A stretch of DNA of 64,000 nucleotides from Somniosus microcephalus. Lineage: Eukaryota. Under the pieces are notes generated by a model. That model saw only the letters and a program-made list of their open reading frames with translations. It searched no databases and was not told the origin of the DNA. A program made the translations under genes and the position numbers. The stretch lies in contig CM126203.1 of the NCBI GenBank assembly GCA_052327205.1, positions 23,126,001 to 23,190,000 of the forward strand. Direction: 5' to 3'. Positions within the stretch are counted from its first letter, which is position 1. Each line of letters begins with the position of its first letter. Shown piece after piece: positions 48,600 through 61,900 of this stretch.

Positions 48600-49769
48600 T
48601 CCAACATCATTTTCTTTCCTGCCTCTAAGTTGGAGCACCTCTCAAAGCTGACAATTCAGAAAACTAGGCTCAGCCAGACAATCAGGCCTGAGTGATAGGC
48701 AGCCCAGGAATTTTCCGTTGTGATGGCTTGGATTGCAGTCAATCTCTTAATGGCTTGAAGTACCAAGACACCTCATTTTTTTAATTTTCTGGGGCGAATA
48801 GCCTAGATGCATTTAAGGGGAAGCTAGATAAGTAAATGACGGAAAAAGGAATATAAGGATATATTGATAAGGTGAGATTAAGTAAAGTGGGAGGAGGCTC
48901 ATGTGGAGTATAAACACCAGCATAGACCAGTTGGGCCGAATGGCCTGTTTCTGTGCTGTAAATAATGTGTTATAATATTATGTAATGCTTGATCATTGCA
49001 TAACCCACCAGGTCAATGCGTATGTAGTTAGACAACTACATGCATCTTTAACCTAAAGTCCCAAAGTACTACACAAAGGTGAAAAATAACTGGAGACCAA
49101 GAAATGGAGGAGATCGAAGTGATAGTATTTGAGGAGGCTGTTGAATAAGGGGAGAGTTGTAATGAAGTGGAGGGTTCCAGATAGAATGCTCCAAAGGGCG
49201 GAACCAAAAACAGCTGAAAGCCCTGCAGCTGAAAGTGGAATGAAGAAAAGGAGGGATGTAAAAGATGGCAAGAACAGAGAGTGTGCACAGGAGCAGAGCG
49301 CTGAATAAAGATGCTGGGCGGAGGAGGTCATGAGGAAATTATAGCTGAGGACAAAGATTTTGAAGCACAGGAATAAAATAGGGGAACAGGACTTATTGTT
49401 CAATAGGATGCGGACAGTTAATTTTGGAAAAGGTGCAATTGGAGAGAAGTGGGGTAATCGCATCTGGGAGTAACAAAGCATTTCAGCAAGAGTGGGGGTG
49501 AAGTAGGGTGCTGTTGTAGAGGTGGAAATAGGCTGTCTCGATGGTGGCAAGGAGATGGCATTTGAAGCTCAGCTCAGGGTTAAATATAGCCAGAGCTTGT
49601 CCAGCAACGGCATGTTTTTTTTTGCCCCAGCACGGTTACCTCCAGAGTCCCCCAATGATCTATTCTTGGCCTCCTCTTCATCTCTATCTATTGGTTTACC
49701 CTTGGCGCCATCATCTACAGACATGGGCTCAGGTTCCACACGTGTGCTGACGATACCTAGCTCTACCTC

Positions 49770-50576
49770 GTCACCACCTCTCTTGACCATTCCACTGCCT
49801 CCATGTTGCCAGACTGTTTGTCCGACATCCAGTCCTAGATCAACTGCAATTTCTTCCAGTTAAACATTGTGAAACCTGAAGCTGTTGCCTTTGACCCCTG
49901 GCACAAACTCTGTATGCTTCCCACGATTCCATCTCCCTTCCTGGCCACAGTTTCAGGCTGAACCAGACTGTTCATAACCTCAGAGTTCTATCTGACCCTG
50001 AGCTTAGCTTCTGACTCCATAGTCTCTCCATCACAAAGACTGCCTATTTCCACCTCTGTAATATCACCCATCTCCGTTCCTACCTCATCCATGCCTTTGT
50101 CACCTCCAGACTCGACTATTCCAATGCACTCCTGGTCGGCCTCCCATCATCCATCCTTTGTAAACTTCAGCTTCTCCAAAATCCTACTGCTTGTATCCTA
50201 TCAAGCACCAAACCCTCTGTTTGCTGTTCTACATTGGCTCCTGGTCCTCCAATGTCTCCAATTTAAAATTCTCATCCTGATGTTTAAATCCCTCCATGGC
50301 CTCACCCCTCCCTATCTCTATAACCTCCTCCAGTCCTACAAACCCCCAAACTCTCTGTTCCTCGAACTTGGGCCCCTTCAGCGTCTTTGGCAGTGTCTTC
50401 AGCTGCCTAGGCCACATATTCCTTCCCTAAACCTCTCAGCTTCTCCACCTTCCTCTCCTCCTTTAAGAGCCTCCTTCAAACCCAACTCTTTGACAAAGCT
50501 TTTGATTAACCCCACCCCAATATCTCCTTTGGCTCAGTATCTATTTTTATTTTTTATTTAATCTCTGTGAAGTGCC
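49770..50576 (+). mobile_element. L2 LINE 3' fragment (another L2 piece on minus strand ~49100-49590)
   Basis: LIHAFVTSRLDYSNALL..LHWL..QFKILILMFKSLHGLTPPYL; tail CTGTGAAGTGCC|TTTGAGATG split by an LTR. Confidence 0.82.
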
Positions 50577-51835
50577 TGTTGTAGTTGAAAAGGACTCAGC
50601 GGAGACTTCGGTGCGGTACAACGATCGCTTTATTCAAGTGCACACAGGGACAGATCCTTCTTCCCATTAGAGGTCGAAAGAATTCTCTGAATTTACAACA
50701 AGCAACTGTCGCCTTTATGCTTGAAAACCGCAAAAATGAACATGTTGTTTTGCACGTACGCATTTACTTAGAAAAACCGCAGACAGGTTGCTCTATATTT
50801 GCAGAAGTTACTGTCTGCCACCTGAGCTATAGAAGCTACCCACATCCTCTGTTCAGGTGGATTTTCCTGGAGCCGTCAGGCGGGGTTTCAGGTGTGTGGG
50901 GGGGGAAATCCCGAATTCGGGGGTCCCGACACCATCCCGCCCAAAACCCGCCTCCATGTAAGTTTCACAGGAGGCGGGTACCCGCCCCGCACTGGGACCC
51001 GCCGACCCGAGGCGGGAAGGGATTAGTGCCAATTAACTGCCTGTTAACAGGTAGTTAACAGGCAGTTTTTAGCCTAATCCCTATTTTGAGTGGTGTCGTG
51101 TGGGATTCCCGACGGCTCCAAACCACGCCAGGTTAGAGCAGGCGGGCCGTCGGATTGAAGGGCTTGGAGGGGTCGCGATGTCGGTGTTCAGGTGAGTGAT
51201 GGGAGCATAAGTGGAAAGGTAAGTGTGTTTGGTGTGTCTAAGGTGTGTAAAGAAGTTTAAATTACCTGTACTTACCTTAACAGCCTTTCTTCCTCTAGGT
51301 TTCGGGAGTCCATCACTCAGCCGGCACTGAAAGCAAAATGGCTGCGAGTTGTCAAAAGTGACAGCCTTCAGCTTTGAGTGCCAGTGTGAGTTCTAACTGA
51401 GTCTGTGTAGAAGGACTCAGGTTAGATGTCAGACTGTCAGTGTTTGACAGCTTCAAACAGCTGTGAAATGCTGATATTTCATCCGTCAAGAACTCTTGAC
51501 AGATGAAATTTCAGTCTGTGATGTCACCTGTTGCCGGGTGGCCCTTAATTGGCCTGCTGAGCCCGCTGGGCGGGCTTAACAAGGTCAATCAAGGGAAAAT
51601 TGCGCGGATTGGCTGGACGTCGATGTAGGCGGGACTAAAACCCGAAAGTTGAAGTCCCGCCTCCTTCCCGACAGCTTTATGAAAATCTACCCCATGTCTC
51701 CATGGCTACACTTATCTACACACTTTCTGGTTTCTGTTATCTGGGTCATAATGTTAAGACTCAGCTTAACAGTTTAGGTCAAATTTCCCAGCGCTCTCTG
51801 CGTTTTTAGCTTCAGCTATTTGTGATACCCTAACA
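50577..51835 (-). mobile_element. Solo LTR (ERV- or Gypsy-like) with 4-bp TSD, interrupted by a MITE
   Basis: TGTTG...TAACA termini; TSD TGCC (50573-50576, 51836-51839); AATAAA on minus strand near the 3' end. Confidence 0.75.
50854..51693. mobile_element. Harbinger-like MITE inside the solo LTR
   Basis: TIR GGTGGATTTTC / GAAAATCTACC; GC-rich arms homologous to 14759-15550. Confidence 0.68.
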
Positions 51836-52769
51836 TGCCTTTGAGATGTTTATCTGCAAAGTCTGGTAGACAGATCGTAGTAGACAGATCTCTGCCTACT
51901 TAATAGAACTGCCGTCCAGCATAGAACATATGGCAACTCCAGTGTCATTTGCAGCAGGGGCCCCCAGTGATGGTGGTCCTGTGAAGCACCATGGGTCATC
52001 TTACTATGTTAAAAGTGCTATATAAATGCAAGTTGTTGTTGTTTCAAATGCAGTTAGACCATGGTCTTATGAATGGTCAGACTGCTGCTATAGAAACCTT
52101 AGTCTTCAATCTACAACAGGCTTTCTTGTAAAGCATGAATGCGCTGGAGGATTGGATGGAGAGAGCCATTACACTGGGCTTCACTACCCTCATAGCTGCT
52201 TAGAGACCTTCCCCCATGCAGATCAGTAGTCTTACTGGGGATGTGCCCTGCTATGACTATGCTATGCTATGCCCTGCACAGTTGAGGCTGCTGCATCTTT
52301 CCTGACATTAGCACATCTGACTCATCCACCTACCCCTCCCCACCCTGAAATGAGAAAAGAGATGCCAGAAAGCATGCAGGGCCAACCAGCCACCCCTGTG
52401 TTTGATGAGCTCAGGGGTAGGGCCAGCTCATGACCCAAAGAGGAACAGGACCACCACACTCCCAAAAGGCTCCCATGAGCACCCAACAGCTCGCCATTTC
52501 ACTTACTGGGTAAGTCCCCAGAAGAAGCAGAAGAAAGAGATTGAGAACACACACCACCCACACCATCACCAAGAGGAATCACCAAGATAAAAACCATTAC
52601 CTCATACCATAATAGCTTATAGCAAGTTAAATTTGGTTGTACTTCATTTCAACTGTGCCCAGAGAATAAGGGATGTAAAATAAGGGAGTTATCAGATATC
52701 AGGACTGGACAGTTGATTTAATACAGCGTACAGTTATGCTGAAGATATGGTGGGGTGCTGTATTGGTAT

Positions 52770-55700
52770 TGTGATAAATCCAGAAAGTGGAACAAGGAAC
52801 TCACAGAGGCTAGATGTTAGAATTAACACGAGTACTTTATTAACAACTGGGAAACAGGTATACAGACAGCCTGCATCAGCGTCCTGGCATTCCACCTTGT
52901 GCTGACCTATACAGGAAGCAAACCTCTGACCTTAACAGGAAGCAAACCTCTGACCTTAGTAGCAGCATTGGCTACAGCACCACCTGGCGGATAACCTTAA
53001 TCATAACATCCCAGATTACTATATCCCTTCCTCCCTTAAGATTTCAGTATGAATTTCTTAACAAACAACCATTCCTGAGGGTCACATAAGGAGTCTCCAT
53101 TCATCATGTTCCATACATAACGAATCTAACAGTTCAGTATCAATCTCTCTGGTGGCTTGCGAGTCCTTTGTGAACATCTAACAGTAAAGTCCCTGCTTCT
53201 TTGTGGTGAGGCCACCAGCTGCTCCTGAGCAGTGCTCAGAGTATCTGACTCTGCAACGATGGTTTCCTCTTGACGGATAGGTTCCTGTGGAATTATCTCT
53301 GTCCCTGGTGGTGGCACCACAGATGCACTTGGATAACTGGGGCCAACCCTGTCTTCAGTCATTGCATCTGGAACCTTCATTTCAATTTCCCCTTGTCTGG
53401 GAAGTATCTGATCTACATGTCTGCGTACTACCCTACCATCTCCCAACATGACCTTGTATGATACTGGACTTGTCATTGAGTCTATGAAGCCAGGAATCCA
53501 CTTTGGTCCATAACTGAAATTCCTGGTAAGGATCACATCTCCTTCTCCAAAACTTCGGCTCTTTGTTCTTTTGTCATGGTTCTCTTTTTGTTTGTTTTGT
53601 CTGTTTTCCATTTTCCTTTTTAGGTCTGGGTGGACAAGGTCAAGAGTGGAGCGTAGTCTACGACCTAATAACATCTCAGCAGGAGAGAGTCCTGTGGTGG
53701 ATTGAGGTGTTATTCTGTAGCTGAACAGAACCCGTGACACTTTGGCTGCTAAACTCCCTTCTGCACTTTTTTTCATCATCTCCTTAAATGTTTGTACGGC
53801 TCTCTCCGCAAGTCCATTCGAGGATGGATGATATGGAGCCGAGGTCACCTGCACTATGCCATTTTTTCTCAAGAACTCTTTTGTCTCTGTACTCAAAAAA
53901 AAAAAAAGTGGCACTGTCACTCACCACGATCTCCGGTAGTCCTTGATTACTGAATCTCCAGCGCAGGCAGTCTATAGTAGTAGTGGCGGAAGCAGAATTT
54001 ACAGGATAAACATCCATCCATTTGGAATGTGCATCAATGATTATGAGGAACATCTTCCCCATGAATGGACCCGCATAATCTAAGTGCAATCTTCTCCATG
54101 GTTTATCCGGCCACTCCCAGGGGTGGAGAGGAGCTGCTGCTGGTGCCTTCCGGTGTTCCTGACAAGTGCTGCATGTCTTGACTAGATTTTCTATCTCCTC
54201 ATCTAGCTTTGGCCACCACAAGTAACTCCTAGCCAAGGCTTTCATACGCAAGACCCCAGGATGACACTGATGTAGTTGCTCTAGGATAGACTGTCGTGCT
54301 GGCTGTGGAATAATCACTCGTGCTCCCCACAACACGCAACCATCCTGCACACTCAGCTCTGTTTTCCTGACACTGTAGGGTGTGAAGTCAGCCCCTTCCG
54401 GATGCTGTGGCCATCCCCTCACCACATATTCTCGAACTCTAGACAGCACTGGATCTTTACCTGTCCATGTTCTTACTTGCTCTGCAGTCACAAGTGCCGT
54501 GTCAGTGTCCTCCAACATCAAAACTCTGTCCTCTGGAGCTGCACGGATAGGTGTGCCTGGCAGTGGAAGACGGCTCAAGGCATCTGCGTTCCCATGGTAC
54601 TTGCCCACCTTGTAGACAATGACATACTCATATAAACCTCAAAGTCACTGCCCACCTCTGGATCCGGGGTAACACCATCTGTGGAACTGTTTTCATTTCA
54701 TTGAAAAGAGAGAGAAGAGGTTTATGATCGGTGCATATGGTGAACTTCCTGCCATATATGCACTTGTGGAACCTCTGTAACCCAAACATTACTGCTAACC
54801 CCTCTTTGTCTAACTGGGAATAGTTTTTTTCTGCTGGTGTTAGAGTTCAGGACATAAACCCTATTGGTCTTTCAGTTCCATCTTCCATGCAGTGTGAAAG
54901 AACTGCCCCCACCCCGTAAGGTGAAGCGTCACGAGAGAATGATGTCTTTCTCTGCATTGTAGTGAACCAGCACATCCGACGATAGCATCAGTTTCTTGGA
55001 CTGTTCAAATGAAACCCGCTGCTCCTCTCCCCACTGCCACTGTGTCTCCTTGCACAGTAGTTTGTGAAGAGGTGCTAACACAGTTGACAAGTTTGGTAAA
55101 AACCTGTTATAATAGTTCAGCAGTCCCAGGTAAGCTTTTAACTCAGCCACATTTGTAGGAGCAGGGGCATCCTGCAGTGCTTGTACCTTCTCCTTGAGTG
55201 GATGGAGCCTGGTGGTGTCCACTCTGTGTCCCAGGAACACTGCCTCATTCCCCAGGAAAGTGCACTTACTCCTCTTGAGCCGGAACCCTGCCCTCTCCAA
55301 TCTCTGCAGTACCTCTCTCAGAGTGCTCAGATGCTCCTGGTCGGTTCTTCCCATCACCAGAATGTCATCCAGATAGATGGAAACATGTGGAATCCCTTGC
55401 AGTACACCTTTGATTGTCCTCTGGAAGATAGCTGGACTAGATGAGACACCAAACGGTAAGCGGTTATATGTAAACAAGCCCTTGTGTGTATTTATGGTGA
55501 CATACTTCTTTGATTCGTCATCCAGTGTAATCTGCAAGTAGGCATGACTCATATCCAACTTTGTGAATTTCTTTCCTCCAGCCAGGTTTGCAAAGAGATC
55601 CTCTGTTTTGGGAATAGGATACTGCTCTAGTTTGGACACCCGATTGACAGTCAATTTATAGTCTCCACAGAGTCTTACCGAATTGTCCGGTTTTAAAACA

Positions 55701-57520
55701 GGTACTATGGGAGCTGCCCATTCCGAACATTTCACCGGCTCCAGTATGTTCTCTCTCAATAGACGGTCAAGCTCAGCCTCTACCTTTGGCTTCATGGCAT
55801 AAGGCACAGGTCGTTGTTTAAAAAACCTTGGCAGTGCCTCCTTGTCTACATAAATCTTAGCTGGGGGGCCATTAAATGTGCCAAGTTCCTCCTTGAACAC
55901 ACTCTCATGTTCACTCAACACTTCTTGCAAAGTCAACTGTTTGCCCGCATCTATTTGATGTACTGCTCCCCAGTCTAATTTAAGTTCTTTTATCCAGCCC
56001 CGACCTAACAGGTTTGGTCCGGTACCCGATACTATAACTACAGGTAGCTGTTCCACTGTGTCCCTGTGTTGCACAGTTACCTTAGCTGTACCTAATGTTG
56101 CTACTCGTTCACCTGTATATGTTTTAAGATGCAGGGAGCAAGGCTTTAACTCTGGAACTTTTGCACGGTTCCACAATTTTGAGTACTCTGCCTTGTTCAT
56201 TATGGTCACCCCGCACCCTGTATCCACTTCAAAGTTCACCTTAGAGTCATTTACTGTCAGTTGCAATGTGATAGGAGCCACTTTTGGAATGTTCTCTAAC
56301 ATGCTATACATTATGAACATGTCCTCTTCTTCCTCAGCTTCCCCGCTGATGTGGTGTGCTCCATGTTTTTTCACTTCTCTCTCTTGGTTTTGCTGTCCTC
56401 CCCCTTTTGGTTTGGATTCCTCCACAGGTGATTTTGCCCTGCAAGCTCGTTTTATGTGTCCTTGTTTCCCACACTTGTAGCACTTTTCCTCCAGAAACCG
56501 GCATTCGCTCGCCAGGTGATTGCCCTTGCATCTATAACATGCCTTCACATGCTCACATTGTGGTTTCTGACGCATGTTCAACTTGTGCACAACAACCTGA
56601 CCTGCAACTTGCGTAGCATTAGCCCTGTCTGAACCCTGTATTTCTTTTACATCTCGGTTCGCTGTCTCTATGGCTTGAGCAAGTTCCAATGCTTTTTCAT
56701 AAGTAAGCCCAGTCTTGGATAATAATCTACGCTGCATTCAGTTGTCCATAATTCTGCAAACTAGCCTATCTCGCAGCATTTCCTTCAGGTTGTTCCCATA
56801 ATTGCAATCTTGTGCTAATTTACGCAACACCGCTATATAGTCCATTACGCTCTCTTCCTCTTTCCTGTTCCTTGAATTAAACTTGAACCGCTGTACAATC
56901 TCACTAGGCTTAGAGTTGAAATGTTCTTTTAGCAAAGCCACTAATGCAACAAATGATTTGTCTCCAGGCTTTTCAGGACTGAGCAGATTTTTCATCAAAC
57001 TGTAGGTTTGGCTTCCCACTGAACTAAGCAGAATGGCTTTCCTTTTTCCGGCATCATTTATTTCATTTGCTTCGAAAAAATAACCCAACACTTCACAGTA
57101 TTCTTCCCAGGTTTGTGCTTGAATATCAAAAGCGGAAACCGTTCCTACTGTGGCAGCCATGCTCTCTTCCAGCTTGTAGCTAACTTTAGCTCATGATTTT
57201 GTTGTTTAAATGTCCCGGTAGACTTTTCTTCTTTATGCAGGGTCCTTTAGTTGCCTCGTCGCCAAATGTGATAAATCCAGAAAGTGGAACAAAGAACTCA
57301 AAGAGGCTAGACGTTAGAATTAACACGAGTACTTTATTAACAACTGGGAAACACGTTTACAGATAGCCTGCATCAGCATCCTGGCATTCCACCTTGTGCT
57401 GACCTATACAGGAAGCAAACCTCTGACCTTAACAGGAAGCAAACCTCTGACCTTAGTAGCAGCATTGGCTACAGCACCACCTGGTGGATAAGCTTAATCA
57501 TAACATCCCAGATTACTATA
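52770..57520 (-). mobile_element. Full-length Gypsy/Mag-like element F (more divergent family)
   Basis: 254-bp LTRs 52770-53023 and 57267-57520 (~9 mismatches); TSD GGTAT; PBS TGGCGACGAGG; PPT AAGGGAGGAAGGGA; 24-bp duplication within the LTR. Confidence 0.95.
53126..57160 (-). pseudogene. gag-pol: gag-pol of element F, multiple stops and frameshifts
   Basis: CYRCKGNHLASEC/CYKCGKQGHIKRAC, VDTGC protease, YLDD, HQCH..CSTC, SAPYHPSSNGLAER. Confidence 0.92.
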
Positions 57521-57529
57521 GGTATGCAT

Positions 57530-58560
57530 AGAGAGGACTGTTAATGCACTGGGCACATATGACACTGAGCTGAAAGTCTTGTCTGGGAGAACATGCTGTA
57601 TGACTTGTTGATCTCAATGGTATTTCAGCAGGGATCTCTTCTGGCTCATTGTCTGTATCTTGCTCCACCTCCTCCTTCGCCTCCTTTGCTTGCTTTATTG
57701 CTGGGCCTCTCTGGTTAGCAACGTTGTGGGGTATGCTGCAAACTCCAATATTCTTTGAGACTCCAGCTGGACTGTGTTGCAAGAGGCCTCCTGAACTGTC
57801 CAGGCATCTGAAGTACTTCTTCAAAATCGTTCTGCTGTGTTCATCAATGATTGTGGCTGTATCTTCGCTTTGCTGTTGTTCATGGCTGCCTCAATGGTTA
57901 TGTGAGACTAGGCTAAAGAGGAGAGCGTTAATTTTTCAGAAACTATCCTTGCCATTTGCCTTCTCTTTCAAATAGCCCAGGTTTAGAATATTATCTTAAG
58001 ATGAAGATGTCAGGACTGCTGCCTTGAAAGTGAGCATTGACCTGCATATCCTCTGTCCTGCTCACTGACCATTTGCTTACCGATGGAGTGGATCCTTTGC
58101 AGTTCATGGAAGGCTTGTGATTGTGTGCAGGACACCAAGTTGCCATATTGGTGCCATCAATAATGCCCTGGACTTTGGGGAATCCTGCGATGTGAAAATA
58201 ATTGAAGAACCCTCTGCTGCTGGATTTCCAGGGGTAAAATGATGAAGTTGAATTGGGGACCTGCTTGTATGCACCTGTACACTGCAGATTGACTGATGTT
58301 GCTGATGCCCTCTGTAGTAGCTTAGAATGAGCCTAAGCCATAAAGGATCACTGCCAGTGACAGTGCTAACCCTGTGTTGAAGGATGTCCGCATGTTAAAT
58401 ATGAGCAAACAGCACACTTCCGCTACTTTCTGTGGACATTCCCATGTAGATATGCCTGCATCGGTACACTCAATTCTACCCATGAAAAACAATCTTGCAA
58501 TGACATCAGACATTGTTGCCTGCCAAAGTATTTTAATTTAAGAAAAGGTCTATGTGACTC
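57530..58560 (-). pseudogene. Decayed PIF/Harbinger DDE transposase (HARBI1-like); element F inserted at its 3' end
   Basis: Broken reading ISQSAVYRCIQ, IAGFPKVQGIIDGTNMA, KG.HSI, GSSPDIFILR, LKKYFRCLDSSGGLLQHSPAGVSKNIGVCSIPHNVANQRG plus acidic tail. Confidence 0.78.
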
Positions 58561-58995
58561 ATAAGAAGAAAAATTTGTTGCTCTATACCTTCCTCTGGTT
58601 ACATTGTACAATCTTTAGAATTCAAAAGACACAGAAGATATATGCTTCAGATGGTACGTGGTTCAAAAGGGACGATTTGGAAAGATATTTAGGAAGGTAT
58701 TTAGAGCTGAAAAGTTGAACTTCTCTACTTTGACGATTGCAAAAAGGATTTAGGGGTCAGTCATGTGTCTGTTCATTTTCTGCAACTTCATGTTTTTGTT
58801 AAATGACTTGACCTTTCAAGTTTGAGATCGATAGATCTTTGTTATGTAAGGTGTATCAAGAGATATAGAGCAAAGGCGGGAAAATGGAGTTGAGGTGCAG
58901 ATCAGCCATGATCTAACTGAATGGCGGAGCAGGCCCGAGGGGCTGAAACTGTTCCTAATGTTGCTATGTTCTTGAGGCTAGTGCCTTATTACTCA

Positions 58996-61900
58996 TGTTA
59001 TGTTCATTAATAACCAGTTGTTTTTATTAAGAACAGCTAGCTTTTGCTAGACACTTTATTGAGCACATGTGGACCAAGTACAGTATCTGTAGAGGCCTCC
59101 ATCTTGACTGCTGCTTTGTGGGTAGCCTAGTGCATCCTGGGTAGCCCACTCTTATATACATACAGCACCACCTAGTGTACCATTCCAGAATGACAGGTTA
59201 CTGATCATTACATCCACCTTTCTTTGAGGCTAAACAAAATCAGTATCAATCAATAACAACATAAACATCTTCAACAGTCAATACATTTTCAATGTAGTTT
59301 TCTTTGGACTCAAAGATTAAGTCTATCAGGCTTTTTTACTTCACGTGTGGATCTTCTCAGCACAGGTAAGTCTGATGTGTTTTCATGAGAGCCTGTATGT
59401 GTATTTGTGTTAGATTGTTCTAGTGGTGAGTGACAAGATTCAGTTGCGGCATTGTCATCGATTTGCTCTTCGATAGTCTCTTGTGTTTTTAGGAGGGAAC
59501 GGCTGTTCCTCCTGAGAATCTGTCCTTCCTCAATTCTAACAGTGTATGACCTTGGTCCTACTTCCTCAAGAACTGTAGCTTTCCTGTTCCATGCATCTGG
59601 ATCCTCAATCCTGACAACATCATCCCTTGTCAATGGTTTCAGAGTTTTGGATGACTTGTCATAGTGTGATTTCTGTTTCAGCTTTAACAGTTGAAGTCTC
59701 TGTCTCAGTTCCTTACTTTGCTTTTCTTTTGCACAGCAGGGTAGCGTGGTACGCAACTTGCGACCCATTAGGAGTTCAGCAGCTGAAGAACCAGAGTCTA
59801 AAGGTGAGGCTCGGTAGCTCAGCAGGGCGAGATAAGGATCAGACTTGCTTTCTGTCGCTTTCTTCAGTAGCTGCTTGAGAACTTGAACACCTTTCTCTGC
59901 CTTACCATTCGACTGAGCATACAAAGGACTGGATGTGATGTGTTGAAAGTCATAATGTGCTGCAAACTGTTGCCACTCCTCACAGTTGAAGCACGGACCA
60001 TTGTTGCTAACGGCAATCCTGGGAATTCCATGTCTGGCGAAGATGGATTTCACATGCATTATGACACTGCTTGCTGTGGTGCTTGAGAGCAGCGCCACCT
60101 CAGGATAGTTAGAATAGTAGTCAATCACTATTAGATAGTCTTTACCATTTAAATGAAAAAGGTCCATAGCAACCTTGTGCCATGGTGCTGTTGGTATGTC
60201 AGCTATTATCATTGGTTCCTTTGCTTGTTTGTTTTGGTATTTCTGACATGTCTCACATTTGCCTATCATGTTCTCAATGTCCTTATTTATGCCAGGCCAA
60301 TAAACAGTGTCTCTTGCTCTCCTTTTGCATTTTTCAATTCTGAGGTGTCCCTCATGAATCCTTTTGAGCATGTCTTGACGTAGAGCCTGTGGAATGACTA
60401 TTCTGTTCTGTTTTAGTAATAGTCCACTTGCGACACTCAATTCTGACCTTATGTGAAAATATTTTGGACAGGAACCTTTTGGCCAACCATGATGAATGTT
60501 CTCTGTTACTGTTTGTAATACTGTATCTTTTACTGTTTCTTCTGCTATTTGCTTTGATTTTGTGTCTGACACGGGCAGCGCAGCAGTGACCATACTCACA
60601 TGAACATCCACGTCTTCTTCAGTAGAGCTCACATGACTCATTGTGGGTGCTCGGGATAGTGCATCTGCTAACACTATGTATTTGCCTGGTGTGTAGATCA
60701 GTTCAAAGTCATATGTTTGCAGCTTCATCATGAGTCATTGAATCCTTGGAGACATCTCATTCAGGTTCTTTTTTATGATGGCAACCAGTGGGCTGTGGTC
60801 TGTCTCAAGTGTGAAGGTGGGAAGTCCATATATGTAGCCATGAAACTTATCTAGTCCAACTACCAAGCCTAGACATTCCTTTTCAATCTGGGCGTATCGA
60901 CACTCAGTATCAGTCATAGACCTGGAGGCATAGGCAACAGGCTTCCAATCTTCACCCTCTGCTTGTAGCAGGACCGCACCTAGGCCATCTTTTGATGCAT
61001 CCGTTGACACTTTGATTCTTTTTGTTGGGTCAAAGAAGGTGAGTACAGGTGTGGTTGTCAGCACTGTTTTGAGGTTTATCCACTCTTGTTCATGTCTTTC
61101 TGTCCATGCGAACTCATTTGTTTTACATAGCAGGTCTCGCAGACAGGCTGTCTTGGCTGACAAGTTAGGAATGAACTTTCCAATGAAGTTTATCATCCCC
61201 ATGATGCGTAGCACTCCTTTTTTGTCAGTGGGTCGGGGCATTTTGAGTTTGGCGTTTACTTTTTCCATATCTGGCTCTATTCCTTTACCAGATAGATTAT
61301 CTCTGAGGAAAGTGACTTCCTGGACGCCAAACTGACACTTGGCTTTGTTGAGCTTCAGTCCATTCCGGCGTATGCTCTGTAGCACTTTAGTCAGTCTCTC
61401 ATTGTGTTCTTTCAGTGTGGAGCCCCAGATGATGATGTCATCAACATAGACCCGAACTCCTTCCAGACCTTCAATTATGTGTTCCATCGCTCTATGAAAG
61501 ATTTCAGATGCAGATATTATCCCGAAAGGCATTCTGAGGAAACAATACCTGCCAAATGGTGTGTTGAAGGTACAGTATTTGGTGCTTTCTTCATCCAGTT
61601 TTAGTTGCCAAAATCCTTGTGAGGCATCGAGCTTTGTAAAGTATCTGGCACCTGACATTTCACTGGTGATTTCTTCTCGCTTGGGAATCTGGTAGTGTTC
61701 ATGTTTTATGTTTGCATTTAAGTCCTTTGGATCCATGCATATTCTTAGATCATTGTTCTTTTTCTTTACACATACCATGGAGTTAACCCAGTCTGTTGGC
61801 TCTTCGACTTTCCTGATGACTCCTAGTGTGGTCATTCTGTCCAGTTCATTCTTGAGCCAGTCACACAGGGGTGCTGGAACTCTTCATGGAGCATGTACCA

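Noticed and set aside
57516-57824. Domesticated HARBI1 host gene
   Set aside because: Many stops and frameshifts upstream and a Gypsy insertion at the 3' end indicate a decayed transposon copy.
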